A DNA stretch of 64,000 bases. Source: Okamejei kenojei (lineage: Eukaryota). Below, in pieces: positions 1 through 10,494 of this stretch. The position numbers and the translations under genes were made by a program. The notes beneath the pieces are model-generated. The model had not been told where the DNA came from. It saw only the letters and a list, made by a program, of their open reading frames with translations, and made no database searches. The number at the start of each line of letters is the position of its first letter. Within the stretch, counting starts at the first letter, position 1. The stretch covers positions 112,344,001-112,408,000 of the forward strand of contig CM069134.1 of NCBI GenBank assembly GCA_035221665.1. The letters run 5' to 3'.

Positions 1-1007
1 AATGAAAAATATTCAAATCCAGTTGCCGAATGAAAAACATTAAGGTATACATTTATCAAAAAAAGAATTAGTCACTCACACAACTTTAACTCTTAATTAT
101 TAAGGATGTCAAAATTTATGCATCTAATATTATAAAAGATAATATAACATATTAAATAGTCAATAGCTCGTTCAGCAATGTAAACACAGTTTGAACTTCT
201 GATCTTGACTGTTTAGCTCGTTTTCAGAAAATAAAACCTTTCGAAGGAAAGGAATTCAGAACAGTTTATCTACAAATGATCAATGTAAATCAATTAAATT
301 CTTAAATACAGTGCATTGTGAAGCTTTTTGACTGTTTAATATATATATCTATATGCAGAAATAATGATAAAGTTTAACAACTGAGGTTTGTTTAGGTTTT
401 GTTTAATCCCACAGCATCAGATTGACTTGTGCCAGATGCAGCTGAAACTGCTTTAATGGTCCTTAATAATAGAGATGGTTGAATGACTACTTGAGAGCAG
501 GAATAAAGATTAAAGGGCTAAGTATAGATAGGATGTTAAAATATTTGTTAAGCAGTGTGATTAACATCCTGTTGGTATCACTAATGTTATTTTATGATAT
601 ACAAGTGAATCAAAATTGAACCTTGTACACTGAAATGTTTGCGGTGAGGATGAAAGGCAATTTTCAGACTTTTACCTAAATGCACCAGCTTCAGGCAATC
701 AAGTGTATCGGGAAGAGTTCATGACAGGTCAAATTGTACACTGTTGGAAGGATTGGGTTCAATTACTCTTTTCTTGTGGTTTTAATAGGCACCTGGAAGT
801 GATTATAAAGGCAGTAATTTAATTGTGGGGATTCAGATGCTATCAAGGATCGCAAAACGGAAAAATCTGCACCCTGTAATTAGATTACAGCATCATTCTA
901 AAATCTTAAGTTACAGCTTCAACTGTGATAATGGCAAATAATGCACTTAGGGTAGGAATCTGGTCTTGCACAACATAAAATCTGAACTGAAATGATTTCT
1001 ATCAAGG

Positions 1008-1260
1008 GTAGACACAAAATACTGGAGTAACTCAGCGGGACAGGCAGCATCTCTGGAGAGAAGGAATGGATGACGTTTCGGGTCAAGACCTTTCTGCAGA
1101 CTGATGTCAGGGGAGTGGGCGGGACAGAGATAGAATGTAGTCGGAGACAGTAAGATGGTTGGAGAACTGGGGAGGGGGAAGGGATGAAGAGAGAGGGAAT
1201 GCAAGGGCTATTTTAAGTTAGAGACGTCAATGTTCATACCGCTGGGTTGTAAGCTACCTA
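1008..1260 (-). mobile_element. Penelope-like element (PLE) 3'/pLTR fragment with degenerate hammerhead motif
   Basis: Same repeat as 17350-17768. Flanked by 11-bp direct repeat TTCTATCAAGG (997-1007, 1261-1271). Hammerhead-like core at about 1068-1103 has CTGCAGA in place of CTGAAGA. Confidence 0.8.
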
Positions 1261-1614
1261 TTCTATCAAGGATGATTCTATAATCAGACATCTCGATGTT
1301 CACAAGGACTGCCTCAATGCTCAGATAATGTGTTGCCTATAGTTTTTCATCTGTTAAAATGAATAAATGGGAAAACCATAGTTTGCATTTTGCAGCTCTT
1401 GCAATGCACGTGCTATTATTATTGCTGCCCGCTGGGAAAACTAGATCCTGGAATCATATCTATTGACCTTTAGAAATTTGTCAGGTCACAGCAAGTTCAC
1501 TGATCAACCATGTCACCAGGAATGAAATATATTAGCAATGAGGAACAGTTAGAGCAAGAAAATCATAGTCAAACAACATGCCGACCAAGATGCCCCATTT
1601 AAGCAGGGTACATT

Positions 1615-1758
1615 TAGGGGATCAGAGGGTATGGAGAGAAGGCAGGTACGGGATACTGAGTTGGATGATCAGCCATGATCATATTGAATGGCGGTGCAGG
1701 CTCGAAGGGCTGAATGGCCTACTCCTGCACCTAATTTCTATGTTTCTATGTTTCTATG
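1615..1758 (+). mobile_element. CR1-type LINE 3' end
   Basis: GATCAGCCATGATC...GGCCTACTCCTGCACC followed by (TTTCTATG)n tail, as in the RT-bearing copy at 34136-34807. Confidence 0.85.
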
Positions 1759-2005
1759 AATTTTCTATCATTAAATGATGCAGTGGGCTTGAGAGTCAAT
1801 AGACTTTTCCCCTTCTAAAATTCCTATATTCCTGCCAACACCGAATTCCTGTATTTATTATTTCTTGCGATAGTGAAGGTCTTTCAAAAGAAGAATTCTA
1901 AGTTTCATAGTAATAACAATCAGATGAAATGATCTGTTTGCCTTCACACTAACACCGCAAAAAAAGGAAATCTTATTGCCACAACAATGCTGCTGCAACA
2001 CTGAC

Positions 2006-2062
2006 CGTGGTAAACTTCCGACTGAGTTAATATTTTACTGGAAGTGATCTGAGGAAGTTTTC
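2006..2062 (-). other. Candidate 57-bp host exon (KLPQITSSKILTQSEVYH)
   Basis: ttttgaacactgcAG acceptor, G|GTCAGT donor, one open phase 1-1 frame; no homology recognised. Confidence 0.15.
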
Positions 2063-2178
2063 CTGCAGTGTTCAAAATGTTACTAACACTAAGGAATGAG
2101 AGGAAATCTTTTGTAATGTTAACTATGTTGTTATTACAGTGACAGTGAAAACCAGTGAAACCAGCCTGCTGTGGTTAA

Positions 2179-2484
2179 TGGGGCTGTCCCAGCTAATTCA
2201 AGAGCTCTCCTGAGTTTAAAAAAAATTAAACTCGTGGAATGTACGTAGCAGGTACGTCGGAGCTCGGGTCGTCTCTTAGCGGCTCGTAATGCTAACGGCA
2301 GGTATTCGGGAAACGCGGTAAGCTCGGGAAGACTCGGGAAGATTTTTCAACACGTTGAAAAATGTCCACGAGAGTCCCGAGTACCTACGAGCAGCTATTA
2401 CCGTAATTCTCCGAGTTCAAATCAGAGGAAACTCGGGAAACTCAGGAGAACTCTTGAATTAACTCATACAGTGGGACAGCTCCA
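2179..2484. mobile_element. MITE, PIF/Harbinger-type (family A)
   Basis: TIR TGGGGCTGTCCCA / TGGGACAGCTCCA; TAA TSD at 2176-2178 and 2485-2487; non-coding, CpG-rich; second copy at 6524-6841. Confidence 0.85.
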
Positions 2485-2549
2485 TAAGTTGACAGTAACG
2501 TATTGTGGTAAGAATAAAGTGCATCCTTTTTCTACAGTAAAATGCAAGT

Positions 2550-2820
2550 TTTATAGGGGATCTGTGGGTGACGCAGCATGTTGGAAGGCAAAAGAATAGT
2601 CAATGCTTTGGATTGAGACCCGACATCAGAACTGTGAGTGTAAAGAAGAGGCGATGGGAGGGGTGAGGCAGGAACTGGCAAGTGATGGGCAGATCTAGGT
2701 GAGGTGGAATTGATGGGGAAATGGTGCCTAGGGGGAGAAAGAAAGAGCGGAGATGGTGACAGTGGGTGGGAGGTGATATGGAGAGAGCAAAGGGGTGCAG
2801 AATATGAAATCTGATAAGAA
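2550..2820 (-). mobile_element. Old degenerate PLE pLTR fragment
   Basis: GCAGCAT...GAGACCC...ATCAGAACTG followed by a purine-rich tract, same layout as younger copies. Confidence 0.4.
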
Positions 2821-3434
2821 AAGACTTCCCCCATAACTGAATAAATCTTGGCTTTAATGGTTTAACCCATGGTCCTTAATTTCCCACAGCGCCAGTTCCT
2901 AGGTTAAAGATCCAATGCCCCTGTTGTTATCCTGCAACCTGAACGTTGAATTCTTGTGCTCCAGATCTCCCCCTGCCTCTTTATGATAATCGCATCTCCC
3001 CAGTCCCAATTTGATGCTGGATTGCATCCATTACCTTCTTTCTGATTGCTTTTCAATCTTGATAGGTCTCTGCTTTCAGTTTACTGTACTCCAGTAGCTA
3101 CACTGCATTGAGGCACATGTTTTACCACATTGGGAACCTTAGCCCTCACCAAAATGTCTGCATCCTGTTCTTCCAAGAATGACCTGGTCTTGAGCTATAG
3201 AACTTTCTGGTCGAAGGTGATCCCATGATGATGATGGGGTACCTGATGATGGTGATGCTAATAAGGGTCACAGTCAGTGTACTACACTTGCATTTGTTGA
3301 ATTTGTTGGGGCTGTTTGGTACCAGGCATTATATGCTATAATGTAGTTAGCATTGATATGTTTAAATGCTGTCCCAATCATGTTGCATGTAGGCATATAA
3401 TATATGCTGGCACTGGGCCTGGGCACTGATTGTA

Positions 3435-3828
3435 CTGGGCCTGTATTCGCTGGAGTTTAGAAGAATGAGGGGGGACCTCATTAAAACATACAATGGTGAA
3501 AGGCTTTGATAGTATGTTTCCGCTAGTGGGAGAGTTTAGGTCATAGCCTCAGAATTAAAGGTCATTCCTTTAGGAAGGAGACAAGGACAGATTTGTTTCG
3601 TGAGAGCATGGTAAACCGGTGGAATTCTTTGCCACAGAAGGCTGTGGAGGCCAAATCAATGGATATTAAGGCAAAGATAGATTCTTGATTAGCAAGGCTG
3701 TCAGGGGTTATGGGGAGAAGGCAGAATGGGGTTAGAAGGGAGAAATAGATCAGCCATGATTGAATGGTGGAGTGTACTTGATCGTCCGAATGGCCTAGTT
3801 TTGCTCCTATCACTTATGACCTTATGAC
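3435..3828 (+). mobile_element. CR1-type LINE 3' fragment (decayed)
   Basis: Encodes LGLYSLEFRRMRGDLI-like CR1 ORF2 C-terminus, then the CR1 3' UTR and a short (CTTATGA)-type tail. Confidence 0.85.
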
Positions 3829-3991
3829 ACCATTCTTCCCAAGCATTTGCTCAGTGTTCAGGTCACAGAACAACACCATAGGTTGTGCTGAGCTTTGATC
3901 CATCAGCAGCATGCTGACTATCCCTAATCAGCTCATCTATCCAAATGCATACATCTCTTATCCCTCAGAATCTATCACAGATGTTAGGCTC

Positions 3992-4424
3992 GCAGGAAAT
4001 AACTGCAGATGCTGGTTTAAACCAAAGATAGACATAAAGCTGGAGTAACTCAGCAGGTCAGGCTGGAGAAAAGGAATAGGTAATGCTCCTTCAGACTGAT
4101 GGGGAGAGAGTCAGATAAAAGGGAACGAGAGATATAGACGGTGATACAGAGCAATATAGAACAAATGAATGAAAGATATGGACAAAGTAATGATGATCAA
4201 GGAAAGGTGGAGTCCCCAATCGTCCATTGTTAACTGCGGGCTAGTCAATAACAAGTTATACAGACAATTAAACTTAACAAGACGATATAGAAACTAGTAC
4301 GACAACTAGGGTGGGCGAGGGACAGAAAGAGAGAGAGGGAAAGCAAGGATTACTTGAAGTTAGAGAAATCAATATTCATACCACTGGTTTGTAAGCTGCC
4401 CAAGCGAAATATGAGGTGCGGTTC
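3992..4424 (-). mobile_element. PLE 3'/pLTR fragment
   Basis: AACTGCAGATGCTGG...GCTGGAGTAACTCAGC...GCTGCCCAAGCGAAATATGAG; hammerhead segment deleted; possible TSD AGGCTC (3986-3991, 4425-4430). Confidence 0.8.
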
Positions 4425-4434
4425 AGGCTCACTA

Positions 4435-4922
4435 GTCTATAGTTTCCAGGCATTTACTTGCAACTCTTCTTAAATAGAGGCACAAAGCGAGCCCTCCTCT
4501 TGTCTCACCCATGTCCAATTATGATTCATATATCTCAGCCAGCGTGCCTGCAATATTTTTGCTACCTTCATGCAGTGTCCTTGGATATATCTGATCAGGC
4601 CCAGGAGATTTATGGACCTTCAAAATCCTTAGCAACTCCTTCAGCTCCTCCTTGACTGTAATATGGACAGTCCTGAAGACATTTTCATGAACAGTCCCAA
4701 GTTCCCCAGTCTTCATGTCTTTCTCTACAGTAAAAAAGAAGATAAATACTGATTAGGAATTGTCCATCTCCTGTGGGTCCACGTAGTGATACCTGCTTTG
4801 GTTTCTGAGGGGGGCCTATTCTCTCTCTAGTTACCCTCTTCTCCTTAATGTACTTGTAAAATTTATTTGGATTTTCCTTGTTATCTGCAAGGATTTCCTT
4901 GTTATCTATTGCCCCCTTTTGA
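4435..4922 (-). mobile_element. CR1 ORF2 internal fragment (pre-RT region)
   Basis: Translations KENPNKFYKYIKEKRVTRERIGP and KVHKSPGPDQIYPRTL are typical of CR1 ORF2. Confidence 0.85.
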
Positions 4923-5101
4923 ATGGGAATGGTTGCTGAGTTCTGTAATCCTATTAGTTTTAATAATGGTTTGAAGTTAGATTGATGTAGGCATACTGTA
5001 TATTTGCCAAAATTTCCATTAATAATACTGCATCTGTCTTGGAGAGGTTGATTGGTGCTAAGCAAGTGCATAAAATGTGAGTTAGCGGTGGAAATGCTTA
5101 C

Positions 5102-5279
5102 AGTTGGAGACTGGACAGTGAGACCCACAACTCCTGCAGAATGATGGAACTGATATTGTCACACAATGACCCATTTATTGGCACAGAAGCTGCATGGCAT
5201 TGGACGATGATGGGATGGTCCCTTGGGTTTCCACAGGAACAGGCTGGGACAGACCAGAGGTTCTGCCCTATATTCTCAG
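5102..5279 (-). other. Candidate 178-bp host coding exon (ENIGQNLWSVPACSCGNPRDHPIIVQCHAASVPINGSLCDNISSIILQELWVSLSSLQ)
   Basis: tctctacAG acceptor, CT|GTAAGC donor, open frame, non-repeat sequence, phase-compatible with 8706-8810; protein not recognised. Confidence 0.3.
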
Positions 5280-5744
5280 CTGTAGAGATCTCAGAATTTG
5301 TTGGTTGTAAAAAAAAATCAAACATGTTTCATGTAATGCCAGCTATACGGATTGAGTTTCCTTTCAAGATGCAAGTAAATGCATACATCGATAATACTTT
5401 GAACATTTAACAAAGATGTTTGTTGACTCACCTGCTTTGAAAAAAACAGCTGTCTGACATTTGATAATTAGCTATAAAAAATAAGATTCTCCCATTTTCA
5501 AAAGAATAATGCAACATGTCACACATTCCCAATCAATTATGCTTTATGCATGAAAATATTTAAACCAGCAATTACTTACTTAATTAATTAATTTCTAATT
5601 GGAGTTAATTATACACACAAATGTGCAAATTTTGCGGGTTCTGCAAATCATTATTCATTGTGGAGATTATGAGAATGGAGTTAATTATAACCAGTACAGT
5701 TAATGCCCTGTTGGTGCAAAGGTCAGAAATACCATTCAAACAAA

Positions 5745-6437
5745 AGGGCCTGTCCCACTTCCGGGTCTTTAGCACGTAAATTACGTAACCTCGTCGTCGC
5801 GTTGAGGCGCACGGGCATCGTATAGCCGCGTGGGGCCGGTCCAACAGTAAAGCGTGGAGATGTATGGATCTGTGCGTGAGATTGCGTGAGGCTCTGAAAT
5901 TTTTGTAGCGAACTATATCTTTGCGCGCCGACGGCCTGTCACGTAACTGACGGCCAAGGTGGGACAGGCCCAAGACCCTGGTGCGACGCAACGTCTCACC
6001 TTCAACAGCAGCAGAAGCAGGCAAACGATCGCCGAACTCGGCCTGGGGCTCACGGCCGTTGCGATCCGGATCTGCCCCCACTTCTACTCCCAGAGCGGGG
6101 CGAAGAAAATTGACTATTGACACAAAATGCTGGAGTAACTCAGCGGGACTGGCAGCATCTCTGGAGAGAAGCAATGGGTGACGTTTCGGGTCAAGACCCT
6201 TCTTTCAGGCTGAAGAAGAGTCTCGACACGAAACGTCACCCATTCCTTCTATCCTGAGATGCTGCCGGTCTGCTGAGTTGCTCAGCTTTGTGTCCATCTT
6301 CAAATTGACATCACTCGCTCCAGATGGCTGTGCGGTCGAATGAAGCCGCGCGCGACCTTCGCGGGACCGTTGCGGCTCAACGCGACCACGAGGTCATGTA
6401 ATTAGCGTGCCAAGCACACGCAAGTGGGACAGGGACT
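5745..6437. mobile_element. MITE, PIF/Harbinger-type (family B), interrupted by a PLE hairpin
   Basis: TIR AGGGCCTGTCCCACTT / AAGTGGGACAGGGACT; flanks AAA and TAA (imperfect TSD); CpG-rich. Confidence 0.75.
6115..6301. mobile_element. Palindromic PLE-derived mini-element with back-to-back hammerhead motifs
   Basis: About 90-bp inverted arms centred at 6208-6209; 8-bp TSD AAATTGAC (6107-6114, 6302-6309). Confidence 0.85.
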
Positions 6438-6440
6438 TAA

Positions 6441-6841
6441 AGGGCCTGTCCCTCTGTACAATCTTTTGTAATGTTAACTATGCTGTTATTACAGTGACAG
6501 TGAAACCAGCCTGCTGTGGTTAATGGGGCTGTCCCAGTGTACGAGCCAATTCAAGAGCTCTCCCGAGTTTAAAAAAAAAATCAAACTCGTGGTAAGCATG
6601 TAGGATGTACGTAGTAGGTACGTCGCAGCTCGTGACGCCTCTTAGCAGCTCGTAACGCTAACGACAGGTACTCGGGAAATGCGGTAAGCTCGTGAAGACT
6701 CATGAAGATTTTTCAACATGTTGAAAAATGTCCACGAGAGCCCCGAGGACCGACGAGCAGGTATTACTGTAATTCTCCGAGTTCGAATCAGGGGAAACTC
6801 AGGAGAACTCTTGAATTAGCTCGTATAGTGGGACAGGCCCT
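6441..6841. mobile_element. Composite family-A MITE with internal captured flank and second left TIR
   Basis: Outer TIRs AGGGCCTGTCCC / GGGACAGGCCCT with TAA TSD (6438-6440, 6842-6844); 6460-6536 matches 2105-2192. Confidence 0.85.
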
Positions 6842-7309
6842 TAACCAGACATATCTATTTGTTTTTTTTAAACAGCTCCTTTTAAAATCTCCTTTTGTTG
6901 TTGTTCATGTAAAGGCTGCAGATGGCTTGAATTTGCAACTTTCTTATTCAGTAAGATGTGCTATATAGTGACCTTTAATCTGCAACATTCTCTTTTTTTA
7001 TTTCTTAACCTTATGCTGGTGCATTCTAGTTTAGCACATCCATTCATAAAATTTTATTTTATCCACAGTTTTTCACTCAGACTGTCACCGATATATTTTT
7101 GAGTTCCTATTATCCAGATGTTATGGTAAAAAATTGTGAATAAGAAACATAACCCCAAATTTTCATGCAGTGACTTGCTGCTCATCTCCCCAGTGTGCTA
7201 CATATACAGTATCTTGTATACATTCTCTATCAAGAACCTATTTTCAGAAGCCATCCTAATTGTCATAGACTGGACTTTATAGTGGGCAGGGCTGCAGCAA
7301 ACCGATTCT

Positions 7310-7402
7310 GCAGGTCTGAAGAAGGGTCTCGACTCGAAACGTCACCCATCCCTTCTCTCCAGAGATGCTGCTTGAGTTACTCCAGTTTTTTGTCTATCTT
7401 CA
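7310..7402 (+). mobile_element. PLE pLTR fragment
   Basis: Matches the 3' end of the PLE at 16669-17768. Confidence 0.8.
7313..7346 (+). ncRNA. Minimal type I hammerhead ribozyme motif (representative intact copy)
   Basis: ggt-CTGAAGA-a-gggtc-tc-gactc-GAAA-c-GTC-acc: CUGANGA and GAAA cores, stem II hairpin, GUC triplet, stem I ggt/acc. Activity not shown. Confidence 0.7.
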
Positions 7403-7554
7403 TGTTACAATAGTAAATTAACTACAATAAACTTTTGCTATGAAATATTTTATGAAGGGTATTGCATAGTGGTGGGCTAGTTTTGCAATCTCACCCAGAA
7501 GTGGAAACATAAGGTCAAAGGGAATGACCTCTTTACTGGGTTTAATGGATTTGT

Positions 7555-7700
7555 CCAACCCCCATTCACCTCCAGCTGCCCCACCCAACTTCCTCTGATT
7601 CTGAAGAGTCAGAAGAATGGTCATGAAATGTCACCTATCCATATCCTCCAGAGATGCTGCCTGACCCACTGAGCACTTTGTGTTGTATGTATGATTCCAG
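7555..7700 (+). mobile_element. Degenerate PLE pLTR fragment
   Basis: GAAATGTCACCTATCC...CCAGAGATGCTGCCTGACCCACTGAG. Confidence 0.65.
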
Positions 7701-8099
7701 CTTTGTCCAGTTATGGTCATGGGCCAGGGAACCTTTGATGTCAGTGTGGATGTTACTTCTTCACGGAGGCTTTTGAAGCATCCTTGACACCTTTCCTCTG
7801 TGAGTCTAGTAATCCTTTCCTATTTCAGAGCCTGAAGTTACCAATGTTTCCAATTGTCTCTGCCATTCCAAAACTATTAAAACAAATTAAATTATCCTTC
7901 TAAAAATAATTGAAACAATTTACTAATAAGTTTTAGGATTCTTTTGTTTGTCATATGAACAATGTGCCCTGCCCAATGTAGCTGACTGAATGCCATTAAA
8001 GTATCAAAACTGGGGATGTTAGCCTTGGAGAGGATACTTGCTTGCTGATTTTGGAGGATTTTATGGAGAGAGCATCATTGCTATTTTCCCAGAGACTTA

Positions 8100-8349
8100 G
8101 GGGCCTGTCCCACTTGGGCATCATTTGCGCGTCGTGCAGGTAGCACACGAAGATTTTGTGAATCCCGAAATCCTGGGGCGCCGCGTGCGACCGCGCGTCA
8201 TTGCCTACGCCATCACGCCTCACCAAGCGCTATGCGCGTGTAATGCATGCTATGCATGCGCATCACGTGCGCATCACGACGCGTGCATCATGACGCATAG
8301 TTATGTTGCGTAAATAACGCGCAAGTGACGCCCAAGTGGAACAGGCCCT
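8100..8349. mobile_element. MITE, PIF/Harbinger-type (family C)
   Basis: About 32-bp TIRs beginning GGGGCCTGTCCCACTTGGGC; TTA TSD at 8097-8099 and 8350-8352; CpG-rich 250-bp body. Confidence 0.85.
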
Positions 8350-8705
8350 TTAAGGTACGCCTGGTCTCAGAGATGTATGGAATCACTTTCAACCAGTAGA
8401 TTATGGTTTTGTACAATGTTTGAAGTCAATTCATTGAAAGCTACGTTGTTACTTGGAAAATGGTGGTGAATTCCATCCTCAATGTCTGTGCAATGGCAAT
8501 TTCAAACCTTTCAAATTAAGTTTTCTTATAGCCTTTACTACACAGGCAGGGAAGAGTAGAACTTACGCAGTCGAATATATAAAACAGATTCTCCAATCGT
8601 TCTTTCCAGTTTCATTGATTGTTATTGAAGTAGTTTGTACAGACAAAGAAGTAAACATACCAGATCCTCTTTATTCTTATACAAATTGTAGCTTTCCGTT
8701 CTTAC

Positions 8706-8810
8706 TATCTGAACTGGTAAAAAACTGCATTCCTTCTCTCCTGCCGGCTCCATTCGATCTGACCACTGCCTGTGGTTTCGCTTCCCTGATCCGATGCATG
8801 TCACGCCCAT
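8706..8810 (-). other. Candidate 105-bp host coding exon (GRDMHRIREAKPQAVVRSNGAGRREGMQFFTSSD)
   Basis: ttttgatgcatAG acceptor, A|GTAAGA donor, symmetric phase 1-1 open frame, GC/CpG-richer than its flanks. Confidence 0.3.
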
Positions 8811-8974
8811 CTATGCATCAAAAGCCTACCCCAAGCATACAAAATAATTCCGCAAGAAATATCTAGACAAAATAATTAAAATATACTAACAGTAAACTAG
8901 CTAAGCATGAATGGCTGCTACGGTATGCCTTCCCCTGAGATACGAGAAGTGGTCAGATGTTTTTCCAGGGCCTC

Positions 8975-9050
8975 ATCAAGAGTCAAGAGTGTTCTATTGT
9001 CATATGTCCCAAAATGGAACAACAAAATTCTTACTTGCAGCAGTACAACG
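8975..9050 (-). repeat. Short retroposon 3' tail (Rex1-like)
   Basis: Reverse strand ends GACATATGACAATAGAACACTCTTGACTCTTG, resembling the TGACAAT(T/A)AA + short-repeat end of the Rex copies here. Confidence 0.4.
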
Positions 9051-10040
9051 GATGTCAATATTGTAATCAGTAGACACCAAAATAAACAACAAGAAGACCG
9101 TGAACCTTTATTGTTTGACATGTGGATGTTGAATGTAAAGTCAATCATCTTGTATGTTGAAGTGAGAGAGTAAGGTAAGTGTATTAGTGTATGTTGTGTA
9201 ATGAATTCAGATGATGTATCTGTCTTATTGGTGGTGATTGCAGGCTATTGGATGTGGGTGTGAGGCTTGTGGAGTTTCCAGATTTGTGAGGGTGAGGTTA
9301 ATTAGTGAGCAGTGTTGATTGATCGGAACAGTTGGGAGGTGAATGATTCATGGAACAGTAGGAGTCTGCATCGGATGATGTATTCATTGACTTTGTTCAC
9401 TTGTATGAAGTAATTAAACATACTGTGGCACTTCATCAAGGTTCTCAACCAGATTAGTGGCATTGACCTTGATTTGTAAGTGCTTCAGCTATCTATGGAG
9501 CCCATGTCTTGGAGGGCCACTGTTTTCTTGGTCAAACAAATTTTGTCGAATAAATTTAATCATTGCTCCCAATTTCTGAAGATCAAAGAGGCATTCATGG
9601 GCAATTGAATGTCCACCAGCTATGCTAGCCCTTGTGTTGGGCTGTCCCTTGTGTGGAAGAATCCTTGTTCTAAGCCTATTCTGACCAGAGCCCTGCATTA
9701 ACTCTTTCTCCACTACATTCGGGTCCACTGGGATCAATGCTTCTTCCTGCAACTTGTGCTGAACTCAGCAATTTCATTACGTTTGCCACCGACAGCCCCT
9801 GCCCTAAAATTCATCTGCATTATCTTTGGCACCTTTTTTCCTGAATCTCGTTGTCTCCATCTCAGGAGACAGCCGCTGATATCATCTATAAGAACCATGT
9901 CTACACATCTTACCTTAATGCAACCTTCTCCCACCCAGCCTCATGTAAGGAAACCAACACGTAGGGAAGAATCTATCAAGGGGATCTAGGGAAGAGTCTC
10001 CTTTGCGGCTTTTGAAGAGGTATAGAATGGAAATCCCAAT

Positions 10041-10494
10041 TAGAACATAGAAAATAGGTGCAGGAGGAGGCCATTCGGCCCTTCGAGCCAGCACCGCCAT
10101 TCGTTGTGATCATGGCTGATCGTCTCCAATCAATAACCTGTGCCTGCCTTCTCCCCATATCCCTTGATTCCACTAGCCCCTAGAGCTCTATCTAACTCTC
10201 TCTTAAATCCATCCAGTGATTTGGCCTCCACTGCCCACTGTGGTAGGGAATTCCACAAATTCAAAACTCTCTGGGTGAAAAAGGTTTTTTCTCACCGCAG
10301 TCCTAAATGGCCTTCCCTTTATTCTAAGACTGTGGCCCCTGGTTCTGGACTCGCCCAACAATGGGAACATTTTTCCGGCATCTAGCCTGTCCAGTCCTTT
10401 TATAATTTTCTATGTTTCTATAAGATCACCCCTCATCCTTCTAAACTCCAGTGAATACAAGCCTAGTCTTTTCAATCTTTCCTCTTATGACAGT
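10041..10494 (-). mobile_element. CR1 LINE, 5'-truncated
   Basis: CR1 ORF2 C-terminus, 3' UTR and tail; highly similar to 23228-23700, 37048-37493 and 50181-50660. Confidence 0.9.

Noticed and set aside
5605-6174. 189-aa ORF as a host gene
   Set aside because: It runs through a PLE hairpin and a GC-rich MITE; an incidental open frame.
9180-9990. Possible ancient retroelement or exon
   Set aside because: Composition is suggestive but no diagnostic motif could be read with confidence.
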